64,000 nt of DNA from an uncultured Clostridia bacterium (GTDB lineage: Bacteria; Bacillota; Clostridia; TANB77; CAG-508), in contig CANRNR010000006.1 in NCBI GenBank assembly GCA_947632035.1, positions 376 to 64,375 on the forward strand. Reading direction: 5' to 3'. Below are positions 36,101 through 44,559 of the stretch, in pieces. Made by a program: the position numbers and the translations under genes. Numbering within the stretch: position 1 is the stretch's first letter; each line of letters starts with the position of its first letter. The notes under the pieces are model-generated. The model was not told where the DNA came from. It made no database searches and was given only the letters and a program-made list of their open reading frames with translations.

Positions 36101-38419
36101 TTTTTCTTTTACAACATCATTTTCATTTATGTAAATCATTTCTATCTTATTTTCATTTGATGGTGTTAATGTTTTTACTGTTATATCTGCATTTAATAAT
36201 ATAATAGTTCCTTTATATTCTGCATCTAATGTATAGTCTGATTGTGTTCCTTCTAATATAATATTAATTACAGGTACACCATCTTCTTTTTCTACATTAA
36301 CACTTTTTATTTTTAATCCATTATTCATTAAAATATTTTTACTATTTAATTTTACGTCACTTATATATGATGGAAATCTTATTTTTAATGTTGGATTTTT
36401 GTATAATGCATAATTTATACTTGATGTATCTAATACTGCTCTTATTTCTACATCTTTATTTACTACTACTGTTGATAAATTTTCTGGATTTATGTTTATT
36501 TCTGCTTTATTTGTTACTTCTGTTAATTTTATATCACTTGTTATTATTTTTGAATCTATGACTGTTCTTTCTGTAGATTGTAAAGCTTTATTTATTGTAT
36601 CTTCCATTGTTGTATTTGCTGTTTCTTCTTTTATTTCTTCATTTTCTACATTATTGTTTCCTTCTTTTACTTCTTCGTTTTTTATACCACTTCTTACATC
36701 TTTTGTTTCATCAATAGTTAATTTTGGTATAGTAATTTTTTGAATTGCTTCTGTTTGTATTTTAGTTAATTCTTTCATTTGATCTTTTGTATAATTGTTA
36801 TCTACTGAAAATGCTTTTGTTAATGTTAATACTAATCTACCTTCTGATTTTGGAGTTGAAGTTTCTATTAGTAATTCACTTAATTTTTGTTTCTCTATAT
36901 TTAATATATAACTTCCATCTTCATCATCAAAAGTATTCATCAAAGTATCTTCTGGTAGGTTATTTATTACTGCTCTTGTTTCATCACTTACGATAATTCC
37001 TATAACTGTTCCATCTTTTTTACTTACTTTTATTAATCCGCTATCTCCTAGAAGTTTTATAAAGTTTGTTTTAGATATTTTTATTTGTTTTACATATATG
37101 TTGTTTTCTGCTGAATATAATTCTCCTTCATATTCTACTTTGTCATTGTTTATTTGATATTCTATACTACTATTTAATACTTTATCATATATTGGTGTTA
37201 TATATGTTATGTCATACATTGTTTCTTGTTTATTTTCCTTCTTATCATAGTTTGCATATAAATATCCTTTGCTTATTTCTTTTGGACTTTCTACATTTAT
37301 ATCTGTTATTTTTCCTATTGGTCCTTCTACTACATATGATCCTTTATTTTCTATTTCTACTGTGCTACTTTTTCCGTCATATGTTTCTACATTTGCTGTT
37401 GCTACAATGTTTCCTGTTATTGCTTTATCATTTACTTGTCCTGCTTTTATTTCATCTTCTGTTAATTTTCCTGCTTCTGCTTCTTTTAATTTATCGTTTA
37501 CATAATTATATACTTCTTCTCCTGTATATACGCTTGTTACTATATATTCGTCTTTTCCTTCTTCCCAATCTATTTTTCCTTCTTCGTCTTTTTCTCTTAC
37601 TGTTTCTATTATTACTTTTTGATTTTCTTTTTCATAATTATATGTTGTAGTATTTTTTTCTTCTACTTCGTCTTCTTTATTTGAATTTAATACTACACTT
37701 ACTCTTTCTGCTTCTTGGTTATTTATTGTTGGTACTTCTACTTCTAAGTTTGTTTTTGCTATTGGGGCTTTGTTATCTTTTATTCCTAAGTTAATTTTGC
37801 TCTGAAAAATAACACCATATTCTTCTCCTATATGGTATGGTAAATATTTATTTAATTTTCCGTCTATTTCTACTTCTGATTCAACTTGCCAGCCTATTTT
37901 ATTTACTACTTCTTTTTCTATTTTTTTCTCATTTCCATTTCCATTTATGTAATCTGCTGTAAATAATGTTTTGACTTCTTTTGAGAAATAGTCGCTATCT
38001 ATTTTTTCACTTTTTGCAAATGTTATTGGTAATTCTACTACATATTCTTCTCCACTTTGCATTTGCTCTAAATAGATTTTTTCATCTTCTATTTTTTGTA
38101 TATGTTCAGATTTTATTTGGCTACTATCTAGCTTGAAGTTGCTGTTTTGGAATTCTATTACTCCATCTTTTAAATAGCCATTTTCTTTTACTTTAAGGTT
38201 TATGTATAATTTTCCTCCCTTTGACACTTCAAAGGTTTTGTCATGTGATTCTCCTTCTTCTAAGTAACTATTAAATTCTACATTAGAGTTATTTGTTTTA
38301 CTATTTTGGGTAGGTAATGTACTTGCTAATGCAATTACTTGTGAACCTACATTTAACAAATTACCACTAAGTAATATTATTAGCATAATAGTTGCTAGTA
38401 TTTTTCTTCTCATTTTCAT
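33134..38419 (-). CDS. Giant (1761 aa) surface scaffold protein, copy A: signal peptide, family-specific N-terminal region, DUF11 repeats, SdrD-B-like Ca-binding domain, C-terminal SVVTG + TM + basic tail
   Basis: SD TAGGAGG. Signal MKMRRKILATIMLIILLSGNLLNVGSQVIALA. DUF11 signatures GQTVKMNVTVTNTGDMAVTNAKLNIP and GETITYKFDIKNIGDIIAENIKIEDVIPDELLF. YKIAGTAWLDENKDGKRDDTE...NGTYEFANIPQGEYLV. DLDSVAGNNISQEDDISKA. Confidence 0.85.
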   Translation of the reverse strand: MKMRRKILATIMLIILLSGNLLNVGSQVIALASTLPTQNSKTNNSNVEFNSYLEEGESHDKTFEVSKGGKLYINLKVKENGYLKDGVIEFQNSNFKLDSSQIKSEHIQKIEDEKIYLEQMQSGEEYVVELPITFAKSEKIDSDYFSKEVKTLFTADYINGNGNEKKIEKEVVNKIGWQVESEVEIDGKLNKYLPYHIGEEYGVIFQSKINLGIKDNKAPIAKTNLEVEVPTINNQEAERVSVVLNSNKEDEVEEKNTTTYNYEKENQKVIIETVREKDEEGKIDWEEGKDEYIVTSVYTGEEVYNYVNDKLKEAEAGKLTEDEIKAGQVNDKAITGNIVATANVETYDGKSSTVEIENKGSYVVEGPIGKITDINVESPKEISKGYLYANYDKKENKQETMYDITYITPIYDKVLNSSIEYQINNDKVEYEGELYSAENNIYVKQIKISKTNFIKLLGDSGLIKVSKKDGTVIGIIVSDETRAVINNLPEDTLMNTFDDEDGSYILNIEKQKLSELLIETSTPKSEGRLVLTLTKAFSVDNNYTKDQMKELTKIQTEAIQKITIPKLTIDETKDVRSGIKNEEVKEGNNNVENEEIKEETANTTMEDTINKALQSTERTVIDSKIITSDIKLTEVTNKAEININPENLSTVVVNKDVEIRAVLDTSSINYALYKNPTLKIRFPSYISDVKLNSKNILMNNGLKIKSVNVEKEDGVPVINIILEGTQSDYTLDAEYKGTIILLNADITVKTLTPSNENKIEMIYINENDVVKEKQGQVETKVNFVAPTGVVSANAIANYAQNSKEVMSISDKTEEVQIETYSDKKVATVTGTVVNNYGNKITDLKILGRLPSKDNRKIDSEEELGSTFDAVINSEIKVTGLENYKVYYSNKVDANSNLEDAENGWTENFSKEAKSYMIVANEGYEMNEQEVIAFSYDIEVPANLSYNNSSYEMYKIYYTNTSEVGSLEETKESPVIALTTGEGPELDVKLESTADVIREGQTVKMNVTVTNTGDMAVTNAKLNIPKPEYAKFSVYTYNMGFSEQVADEKTIDIGTIKPGETITKSYYIKIDNSIPKPKTYKDSDGNIYIDDEDGTVKKLEDGKLPETEFTSKVTIIGDQMQNGIPSNEYKNTIKDGEIKLQLIGSIEDSTPLLKGQETKYRVNISYIGSESELKDVTVNIPLLPGTNYKEATLEQENGVTSRNTISYDKNTHTLQVKIDTLTTTEQVIRITLEGKEFDGVSSMRAIAKSAEGEEHYSNTLEYESAKVKLEISELTTTPRYVKEGETITYKFDIKNIGDIIAENIKIEDVIPDELLFTELSYTTDSGVQHITNISNNTARTVISQLPVGASASITITVRAKVLNQEDKQVKNTVKVSAQYFEEVQTNTVTNTIEYNEELHQEPSSNPNQGGTTTSPTTPKYKIAGTAWLDENKDGKRDDTEKLLSNIPVVLLNKVNNMVVNDINTNEPKRTTTSNNGTYEFANIPQGEYLVLFLYDASSYSLTKYKAEGVDEGLNSDVIDISTVFDGEKRVAGITNIVKITDSNVRDIDIGLYVAEKFDLRLDKYVSKITLTTPTIGTRVTPYNNEKLAKVEILGNNVNKSSIIVEYKIRVTNEGKIPGYARKLIDYLPEDAMFMSEVNSDWYLASNNQDVFNTSLANTIINPGESKEVTLVLSFNITDKNIGNIINNNAEIYESYNEEGREDLDSVAGNNISQEDDISKADIVLSVVTGKLVVGSILIVVILAVLAFGIYEIKKRVLTKKVN

Positions 38420-38466
38420 AGTAACCTCCTAAATTTATTTTTAGACATAATTATTCTATAATATCA

Positions 38467-38494
38467 ATTATACCACATTTTTTTCATTTTTCAA
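38467..38494 (-). promoter_or_regulatory. Promoter of the copy-A operon: -35 TTGAAA (38489-38494), 16-nt spacer, extended -10 TGGTATAAT (38467-38475)
   Basis: Minus strand reads CATTGAAAAATGAAAAAAATGTGGTATAATTGATATTATAGAAT...TAGGAGGTTACTATG. Confidence 0.6.
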
Positions 38495-38534
38495 TGCTTT
38501 TTCGCCTAGAAATATACAAAAAATGTAAATTTTG

Positions 38535-38542
38535 TTTACGGA
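38535..38542 (-). promoter_or_regulatory. TCCGTAAA box, 40 nt upstream of the -35 (copy A)
   Basis: Plus strand tttacgga. The same 8-mer at the same spacing occurs at 49897-49904 and 8874-8881. Confidence 0.4.
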
Positions 38543-38667
38543 AATGATATATTTATGTCAATATATTAAATTTGTATTACATTTTTTTATAATTTTACAA
38601 TCTTCATATTAATAATTCTAATACTTAAAAATGTTATTATTTACAAATATAATTAAATATTTATAGC

Positions 38668-38701
38668 AAAAAAAGAGATGATATTTAAATCATCTCTTTT
38701 T
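38668..38701 (-). terminator. Rho-independent terminator after the copy-B operon, separating copy B from copy A
   Basis: aaaagagatgat-atttaa-atcatctctttt, with T-runs on both strands. Confidence 0.85.
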
Positions 38702-38708
38702 GACTGTA

Positions 38709-41700
38709 TTACTTAAGTACAGTTTTCTTTATAGTTACAACACTAACAGCTAATATTGTTATGATGAATATAGCAAGTCCAATGTATACATAATGTTCAC
38801 CAAATGGTGGAAGTATTGTTACATCTTCTGCTCTGCTTGCGTCTGGTTCTGCTGGTGCTGCTTTTGGATCTTGATCTCCTTGTATTGAGAATGCCATTCT
38901 TCTTCCTACATCATTTGAAATTGATACTATTTCTGCCATGTTCTTGTACGATAAATCGTCTGCTGTGTTTTGTGATGTTATAGTTTGTATTAATATTAAT
39001 TTTGTTCCAACTTTACTATCATTTTCATTTTCGCTGCTTCCTAATGGAATTAATGGTTTATTTAATGCAGTTGTCATAAGGATTGTATTATATTTTTTAT
39101 CTATTGCATTATATACATCGTTATTTACATATTGATGTGCTTCTTCTTGAGTAATTGTTCTCCATTTCCAATCAGTATTGTTATTAGCTTCTCTATATTG
39201 TAAGTTGTTTTCTACATAGTCTATTACTTCATTTGCTGTTGTTTTTACAATCGTATCCGTGTCGTCTATTCCACCTCCTACAATTGTATGTTTGTTTGTT
39301 ATCCTTCCTAGATAGTAGAAATAATTATCCTTGTAATCTTCTTCACCTATATTTGTAACTGTCATGTCATATGTTATTTCTATTGTTGCACCATGCATTA
39401 TTTCTTCATCCATTGTTAATTGTATTAGTCCTTTATTGCTATTTACCATTGTGTCAACCCTGTTTAATACTGCTTGTCTAAAGTCGTTGTATCTTGTGTA
39501 ATCACTATATACTCTTTCTGGATTAGATGCAGTTGGTCCTACATTATCATATGTTGTTTCATTTTTCATGTTATTTATATTGTAGCTTTGTTTTGGTTGC
39601 CAAATTAAATCTTCTACACTTTGTGTTGCATCAAATAGTACTGTTTGATTTGAAAGTGTTAATTTTACGTTACTTACTTTCTTGTCTAACTCTAATCCTG
39701 CTTTTGGTCTTTCTTCTAATCCAAAGTCTAAATCTCTTATGTGATATTCTCCACTATTATTGCCTTCTGTAAATTCTCTGTTATATTCAACTTCTGCTCT
39801 TATTACACCTGTCTCTGCTACAATTGTTGGATATAAATATTCAGATGATGTTGCCATAGAATTTTTTATTTCCTTAGTATATTTATCCTCATAAAATCTT
39901 GCTCTTCCTTGTCCATAAAATGGATATCCCTGAATTGCTCCTAAAAGATCTTTTGCATCTGATACATTTAATTTTTTACCAGAACTATCTACAAAATTAT
40001 CTGCTCTATCTATACTGTAACCATATCCTGCTGATTCATTTTGAGTATCAAGCTCTGGATATATATATCCTAAATAATGGATAGGATTAATGTCATTAGA
40101 ACTAATATCTGTTGTTGCATTTTGGTCTATTTCATCAAGCTTATATTCTCCTGCTCCTTTAATATGAAGATATCTTTGATAACTTGTTGATTTATAGTCT
40201 TGTCCATTATAATCTTTACAATCTTCTCCTCCGTATGTGAACCTTACTATATAATCTCCTGGTATATAGCCTTCAAAGCTATAGTATCCATCTATATTTT
40301 TACCATCTATTGTTTCGTTATGTGTTTTTATTGGCTCGCTCGTCCAATCTCCATTTTCATATCTTTTAGCTGGTGTATCATTAGTCTTACGATTAATTAC
40401 TTCATATAAATTTACAGTAATTCCATTTATTCCTACTTCACCGTCTTCTCTTAAGCCATTTCCTATAAGGGCATTTGTTTCTTCTGGTGAGTAGGTTCTC
40501 TTATCTTCCCATGCTACACCACTTATTTTTCTTACTAGATTTGAATCTTCATATATTTTAATTCCTCTTGCTCTATCAGTATCATCTTCCATGTTGTTTT
40601 CCCATTTATCGTTATTTATTTTACTGTTATCAAAGTTACCTGATGTAGAATCTCTATCTATTATTCCTGCATGGTTATTTGAAGACTTTTCAATTCCGTT
40701 TGGTAATTTAGTTCCATCATTATACCATGTAGTGTAACCATTTACTTCTGCTATGTTTTGTTTAGAAGTAATTTGATTATCTAATAATAGTTTATTATTA
40801 TTTTGATTTCTTCCTAGTTTGAAGGTTAAGAAAACATAACCATTTTCACCGGTTTGTAATTTTCTGTCTTTCAAACCATTAATATGTGTTGCTTTATATG
40901 TTTCACCATCTATTGTTAAATCCCATCTTGTGTTTTGTGAATATTTTCCTTCTTCAGGTGTATATTTTCCTCCAGAAGCTACTGTTTCATCTAGATAAAT
41001 TGGTTTATATTTTGGATTATCTGCTGAATATCCCTCGTTAGCATATGAAATATTTTTACCATCTATTATTTTTAAATATTCTTCATCTGAAACATTTATC
41101 ATTTTTCTATTTTCTACGTTGTCCTCGCTTTGTCCCCTATACATTACCCATGACATTTCTGGCACTAAACTTTCATAGTCTGCATCATAGTAATCTACAA
41201 TTTCATCTATTTGTGCTTGCATACTTTGTGAAGAGTTTCTAACTGCTATTTTATATGTAACATAAATGTCTAATCTCTTGTTTGCATTATCATTATTGCC
41301 TAAATTTGAGTTTGCATCAGATGGGTATACTGATCGTTCATACATGCTATCATAGTAGTTTCCATAATCAGAAATTCTTGCTCCAATATCCCAATATGGA
41401 TAGTCTTTATCTTCTGTATCTCCTCTATCATCATAATCATAAACTTGTGATTGTCCATTTATTGTTAAGGCTGCTTTAAATACGTCTTTTGTAAGTGATA
41501 TGTCTGATAGTGGTCTTCTCCATAGTCCTAAGTTTACATAAGCATTGTTTGGATATATAGTTTCATATGCACTTTCTCCTAATAAGTCATCAATATCTGT
41601 CCATAAATCATCTAATATATCCCAGAATGAAGAATTCTTATCACTACCTAATTCTATACCGTATGAATTTCCATCTTGATCTGTAAATGAACCTCCTCCT

Positions 41701-44543
41701 GAACCTTTTCTATAAACCCTATCATTTATACTGAAGGTTTCTGACATAGGATATGCATCATATGTATCCTTTATTGCTGATGTTATTGATTTTGATGATG
41801 CTTTTGTATATGCTTTAATTTTACAATCTTCTATGAATTGTAATTTTTGCGCCGTTTCTTTAGGATTATTACTATTTTTAGCTATGTTATAATAAATTCG
41901 TTGCATGTCTTGATCAGTTGGGAATTTTCTATTGTTATTAATGTAATTTCTTACTGCTTCTGAAATCTTACCATTAATACAAATTCCTTGTTCATTATAT
42001 CTATCAATTAAGTCTCCTAAATCGTCTTGTGTAAAGCTTGCATTATAATCTCCTGATAGCCATCCATTATTATTGGTAAATAATGAATTTATTTTATTTC
42101 TTATTTTATAGTTTTCAGGATATGAACCAATTGATGCAAAGTTTTCATCGAATTCATTTCTAGAGCCTTTTACTGTTGTTACAGTTTCTTCAGTTGCTTT
42201 TGAAGTAATTTTCCAAAATGCTGCTCTTATTTCTTCTTCAAGATTTTCATCAGTAATCATTTCCTTTGCACTATTGTAAGTCTTATCTCCTACTTTTAAA
42301 TAATCTGTAGCAGTAAATATTTGACCATCATATTCAAAAGTCATATAATATCTTTTCATTGGGTCTATTCCCATAAAGCTATAATGACCATAATCATCTG
42401 TATATGTTGGATTTATATGTGAATATATATCTCCTTCTCCTAAGAAGTTATATATTGGTGCTAATTTTCCATCTAATGTATATAATGTTACTTTAACATT
42501 TTTTATGCCTCTTTCTACACTTGCATCTCTTAAACCATCTCGTACTGATTCCTTTCCACCAGACTGGTCTTCCCATACATATCCTCCTAGATTCATATAT
42601 AATTGAGGTGGATCATACGGTGTTGGTGTCGGCGTTGGCGGTGGTGTTGTTGGCGTTGATGGCGTCGTTGGTGTTGACGGTGTCGACGGTGTCGATGGTG
42701 TCGATGGTGTTGATGGTGTTGATGGTGTCGACGGTGTCGATGGTGTTGATGGTGTTGATGGTGTTGATGGTGTTGATGGTGTTGATGGTCTTGATGGTGT
42801 CGATGGTGTTGATGGTGTTGATGGTGTTGATGGTGTCGATGGTGTTGATGGTGTTGATGGTGTCGATGGTGTTGATGGTGTTGATGGTCTTGATGGTGTC
42901 GATGGTATCGATGGTGTTGATGGTGTTGATGGTGTTGATGGTCTTGATGGTGTTGATGGTGTTGATGGTCTTGATGGTGTTGTTGTTGGAGTTGGTGTTG
43001 GTGTTGGCGTTGGCGTGCCTCCACCTGTTGAGAATATTTCTATAGTTTCTGTGTATTCAACTATACATACATCTGGTATTGATATTGGTTGTAATGTTTC
43101 ACTACCTTTCTTACTTATTTTTGTTGTTACAACACATGTTTGACCCTTTTCATCTTTGCAATATTTTGTTACGGGTACTGTTTTCGTATCATGATCATGA
43201 TCCATTTTTCCATCATTATTTTCATCATGAGTACAATCTACCTCTACTTCTTGTGACTCTTGATGTGAATGACTAGTTTCACCATGTTTAGTAGTTACTG
43301 TTTTCTCATATTGATTTCCTTCATAGTTTGTTTTTACTCCATAAGCTAAAGTGTATTTAAATGTTACCAATATAGATATACTGGATATATAATTACTTCC
43401 ATCATCTTTAACATTAGTATTAGGGTTATTAAAATCTACATAAAATGCTTCTCCTGAAGCAGGATATTGCTGCGCATTAGGATCTGAACCTGATTCATCT
43501 GGATTAAAGAAATGAGTTTCACTTCCACCTCCATATTGAAGACTTCCACCTAGTTTTCTTTCAGAGCCATCAGCCGCATGACCTATAACTTCTACACTAG
43601 CCATACCTCCATGTGAGCCACTACCACCGAAGTTACTTCCTGAATCATTATATCCTATACTAACAGGTCCTGCTCTATATGATCCATTTCCATCTGTCCC
43701 ACCATTTAAATCTCCCTGTAAAAAAGATATTCCTCCTGTAAAGTCTTGTATGTTTAGTCCTTCGTTTTTGATTACAGAATCATGAAAACTTGCATATTCT
43801 TTAGCTGCTGTGCTATAAATATTGTCTGTTCCATGAGTTGTCTCTATATTTTCTCCATGATTTATTTCCCAAAAAGCCTTTTGCTTTTCAGCAGTCCATT
43901 CAGTACCACCATCAGTATATATGTATGCTTCTGCAGGTGAGATGGTTTCTGTACTACTTATTGTATAATAAGCTGGTGAATAGCTAGTTTTTGTGCCATC
44001 TTTTTGGTCTTCACATTTATGTCCATCATGAATTGTACATTCAGAACTCTCTGTCATAGACTTTTTTCCATCTCCCATCTTGTTTTGCAACTCCGTGTAT
44101 TCTTCTACAGAAAATCCTCCTCTATATGAATTGAAACGCATATTAGGGCCATTGCAATATACATCTGCTCCTTCTACTAATGGTGCCATATTATCTTCTC
44201 CTAGTTCATAACTAAGAATTCCCTCTTGCTCAACTCCGTTTTCATCTTTCCATGTTGATGTTTTTAATGTTAATCCATTCTCCTTGTCATAATTTTCTGG
44301 TATTGTATTATATTTATACGTATTTGGATCTTCTCCACTAGTTCTTTTTCCACTTAGTCCTGAGGGCTCCATGTTGTAACCGCCACCTGAATCAGATGTA
44401 CTACTTATTGTTGCTATACCTGAATTTTTATCAGAAGTAGCTACAGAAAAAATTACTAATTGAAATAGACCTATCATTATAAACGTAGTAATTATTGTCT
44501 GTATTATCGTCCCTAGAATTTTACTTTCTTTTTTATATGGCAT
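38709..44543 (-). CDS. Giant (1944 aa) surface protein, copy B: signal-anchor, divergent candidate thioester domain, (S/T)P-repeat linker, SdrD-B/Cna-B-like and DUF11-like stalk, C-terminal ILPPFG + TM + KKTVLK
   Basis: SD AAGGAGGGAG, 16 nt after the stop of 44560..49782. Motifs DVYCNGP (Cys130) and AEKQKAFWE (Gln221). The C-terminal ~900 aa are collinear with 27466..33111 and in blocks near-identical to it. Confidence 0.85.
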   Translation of the reverse strand: MPYKKESKILGTIIQTIITTFIMIGLFQLVIFSVATSDKNSGIATISSTSDSGGGYNMEPSGLSGKRTSGEDPNTYKYNTIPENYDKENGLTLKTSTWKDENGVEQEGILSYELGEDNMAPLVEGADVYCNGPNMRFNSYRGGFSVEEYTELQNKMGDGKKSMTESSECTIHDGHKCEDQKDGTKTSYSPAYYTISSTETISPAEAYIYTDGGTEWTAEKQKAFWEINHGENIETTHGTDNIYSTAAKEYASFHDSVIKNEGLNIQDFTGGISFLQGDLNGGTDGNGSYRAGPVSIGYNDSGSNFGGSGSHGGMASVEVIGHAADGSERKLGGSLQYGGGSETHFFNPDESGSDPNAQQYPASGEAFYVDFNNPNTNVKDDGSNYISSISILVTFKYTLAYGVKTNYEGNQYEKTVTTKHGETSHSHQESQEVEVDCTHDENNDGKMDHDHDTKTVPVTKYCKDEKGQTCVVTTKISKKGSETLQPISIPDVCIVEYTETIEIFSTGGGTPTPTPTPTPTTTPSRPSTPSTPSRPSTPSTPSTPSIPSTPSRPSTPSTPSTPSTPSTPSTPSTPSTPSTPSTPSRPSTPSTPSTPSTPSTPSTPSTPSTPSTPSTPSTPSTPSTPTTPSTPTTPPPTPTPTPYDPPQLYMNLGGYVWEDQSGGKESVRDGLRDASVERGIKNVKVTLYTLDGKLAPIYNFLGEGDIYSHINPTYTDDYGHYSFMGIDPMKRYYMTFEYDGQIFTATDYLKVGDKTYNSAKEMITDENLEEEIRAAFWKITSKATEETVTTVKGSRNEFDENFASIGSYPENYKIRNKINSLFTNNNGWLSGDYNASFTQDDLGDLIDRYNEQGICINGKISEAVRNYINNNRKFPTDQDMQRIYYNIAKNSNNPKETAQKLQFIEDCKIKAYTKASSKSITSAIKDTYDAYPMSETFSINDRVYRKGSGGGSFTDQDGNSYGIELGSDKNSSFWDILDDLWTDIDDLLGESAYETIYPNNAYVNLGLWRRPLSDISLTKDVFKAALTINGQSQVYDYDDRGDTEDKDYPYWDIGARISDYGNYYDSMYERSVYPSDANSNLGNNDNANKRLDIYVTYKIAVRNSSQSMQAQIDEIVDYYDADYESLVPEMSWVMYRGQSEDNVENRKMINVSDEEYLKIIDGKNISYANEGYSADNPKYKPIYLDETVASGGKYTPEEGKYSQNTRWDLTIDGETYKATHINGLKDRKLQTGENGYVFLTFKLGRNQNNNKLLLDNQITSKQNIAEVNGYTTWYNDGTKLPNGIEKSSNNHAGIIDRDSTSGNFDNSKINNDKWENNMEDDTDRARGIKIYEDSNLVRKISGVAWEDKRTYSPEETNALIGNGLREDGEVGINGITVNLYEVINRKTNDTPAKRYENGDWTSEPIKTHNETIDGKNIDGYYSFEGYIPGDYIVRFTYGGEDCKDYNGQDYKSTSYQRYLHIKGAGEYKLDEIDQNATTDISSNDINPIHYLGYIYPELDTQNESAGYGYSIDRADNFVDSSGKKLNVSDAKDLLGAIQGYPFYGQGRARFYEDKYTKEIKNSMATSSEYLYPTIVAETGVIRAEVEYNREFTEGNNSGEYHIRDLDFGLEERPKAGLELDKKVSNVKLTLSNQTVLFDATQSVEDLIWQPKQSYNINNMKNETTYDNVGPTASNPERVYSDYTRYNDFRQAVLNRVDTMVNSNKGLIQLTMDEEIMHGATIEITYDMTVTNIGEEDYKDNYFYYLGRITNKHTIVGGGIDDTDTIVKTTANEVIDYVENNLQYREANNNTDWKWRTITQEEAHQYVNNDVYNAIDKKYNTILMTTALNKPLIPLGSSENENDSKVGTKLILIQTITSQNTADDLSYKNMAEIVSISNDVGRRMAFSIQGDQDPKAAPAEPDASRAEDVTILPPFGEHYVYIGLAIFIITILAVSVVTIKKTVLK
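42620..43020 (-). repeat. About 400-nt coding tandem repeat (9- and 15-nt units) encoding the TP/(S/T)PS(T/R)PS linker
   Basis: Plus strand reads (ggtgttgat/ggtgtcgat/ggtcttgat)n. The protein reads TPTPTPTPTPTTTPSRPSTPSTPSRPSTPSTPSTPSIPS...TPTTPPPTPTPTP. This is the local G+C maximum of the window. Confidence 0.9.
43881..44156 (-). other. Candidate thioester-domain core in copy B (Cys codon 44154-44156, Gln codon 43881-43883)
   Basis: It aligns with the copy-A motifs (APL(I/V)EG..VYC; EKQ.A.W), but the residues after the Cys (NG) depart from the usual [ILV][EDQ]. Confidence 0.4.
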
Positions 44544-44559
44544 TTCTTTTTCTCCCTCC

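Noticed and set aside
42521-43045. The His/Gln-rich 143-aa ORF (minus strand, 42593..43024) and the 'MVLMV' 174-aa ORF (plus strand), plus a CRISPR-like periodicity of the DNA
   Set aside because: Both are alternative-frame readings of the 9/15-nt coding tandem repeat of the (S/T)P linker inside the intact 1944-aa ORF. The repeats are contiguous, with no unique spacers, so this is not a CRISPR array.
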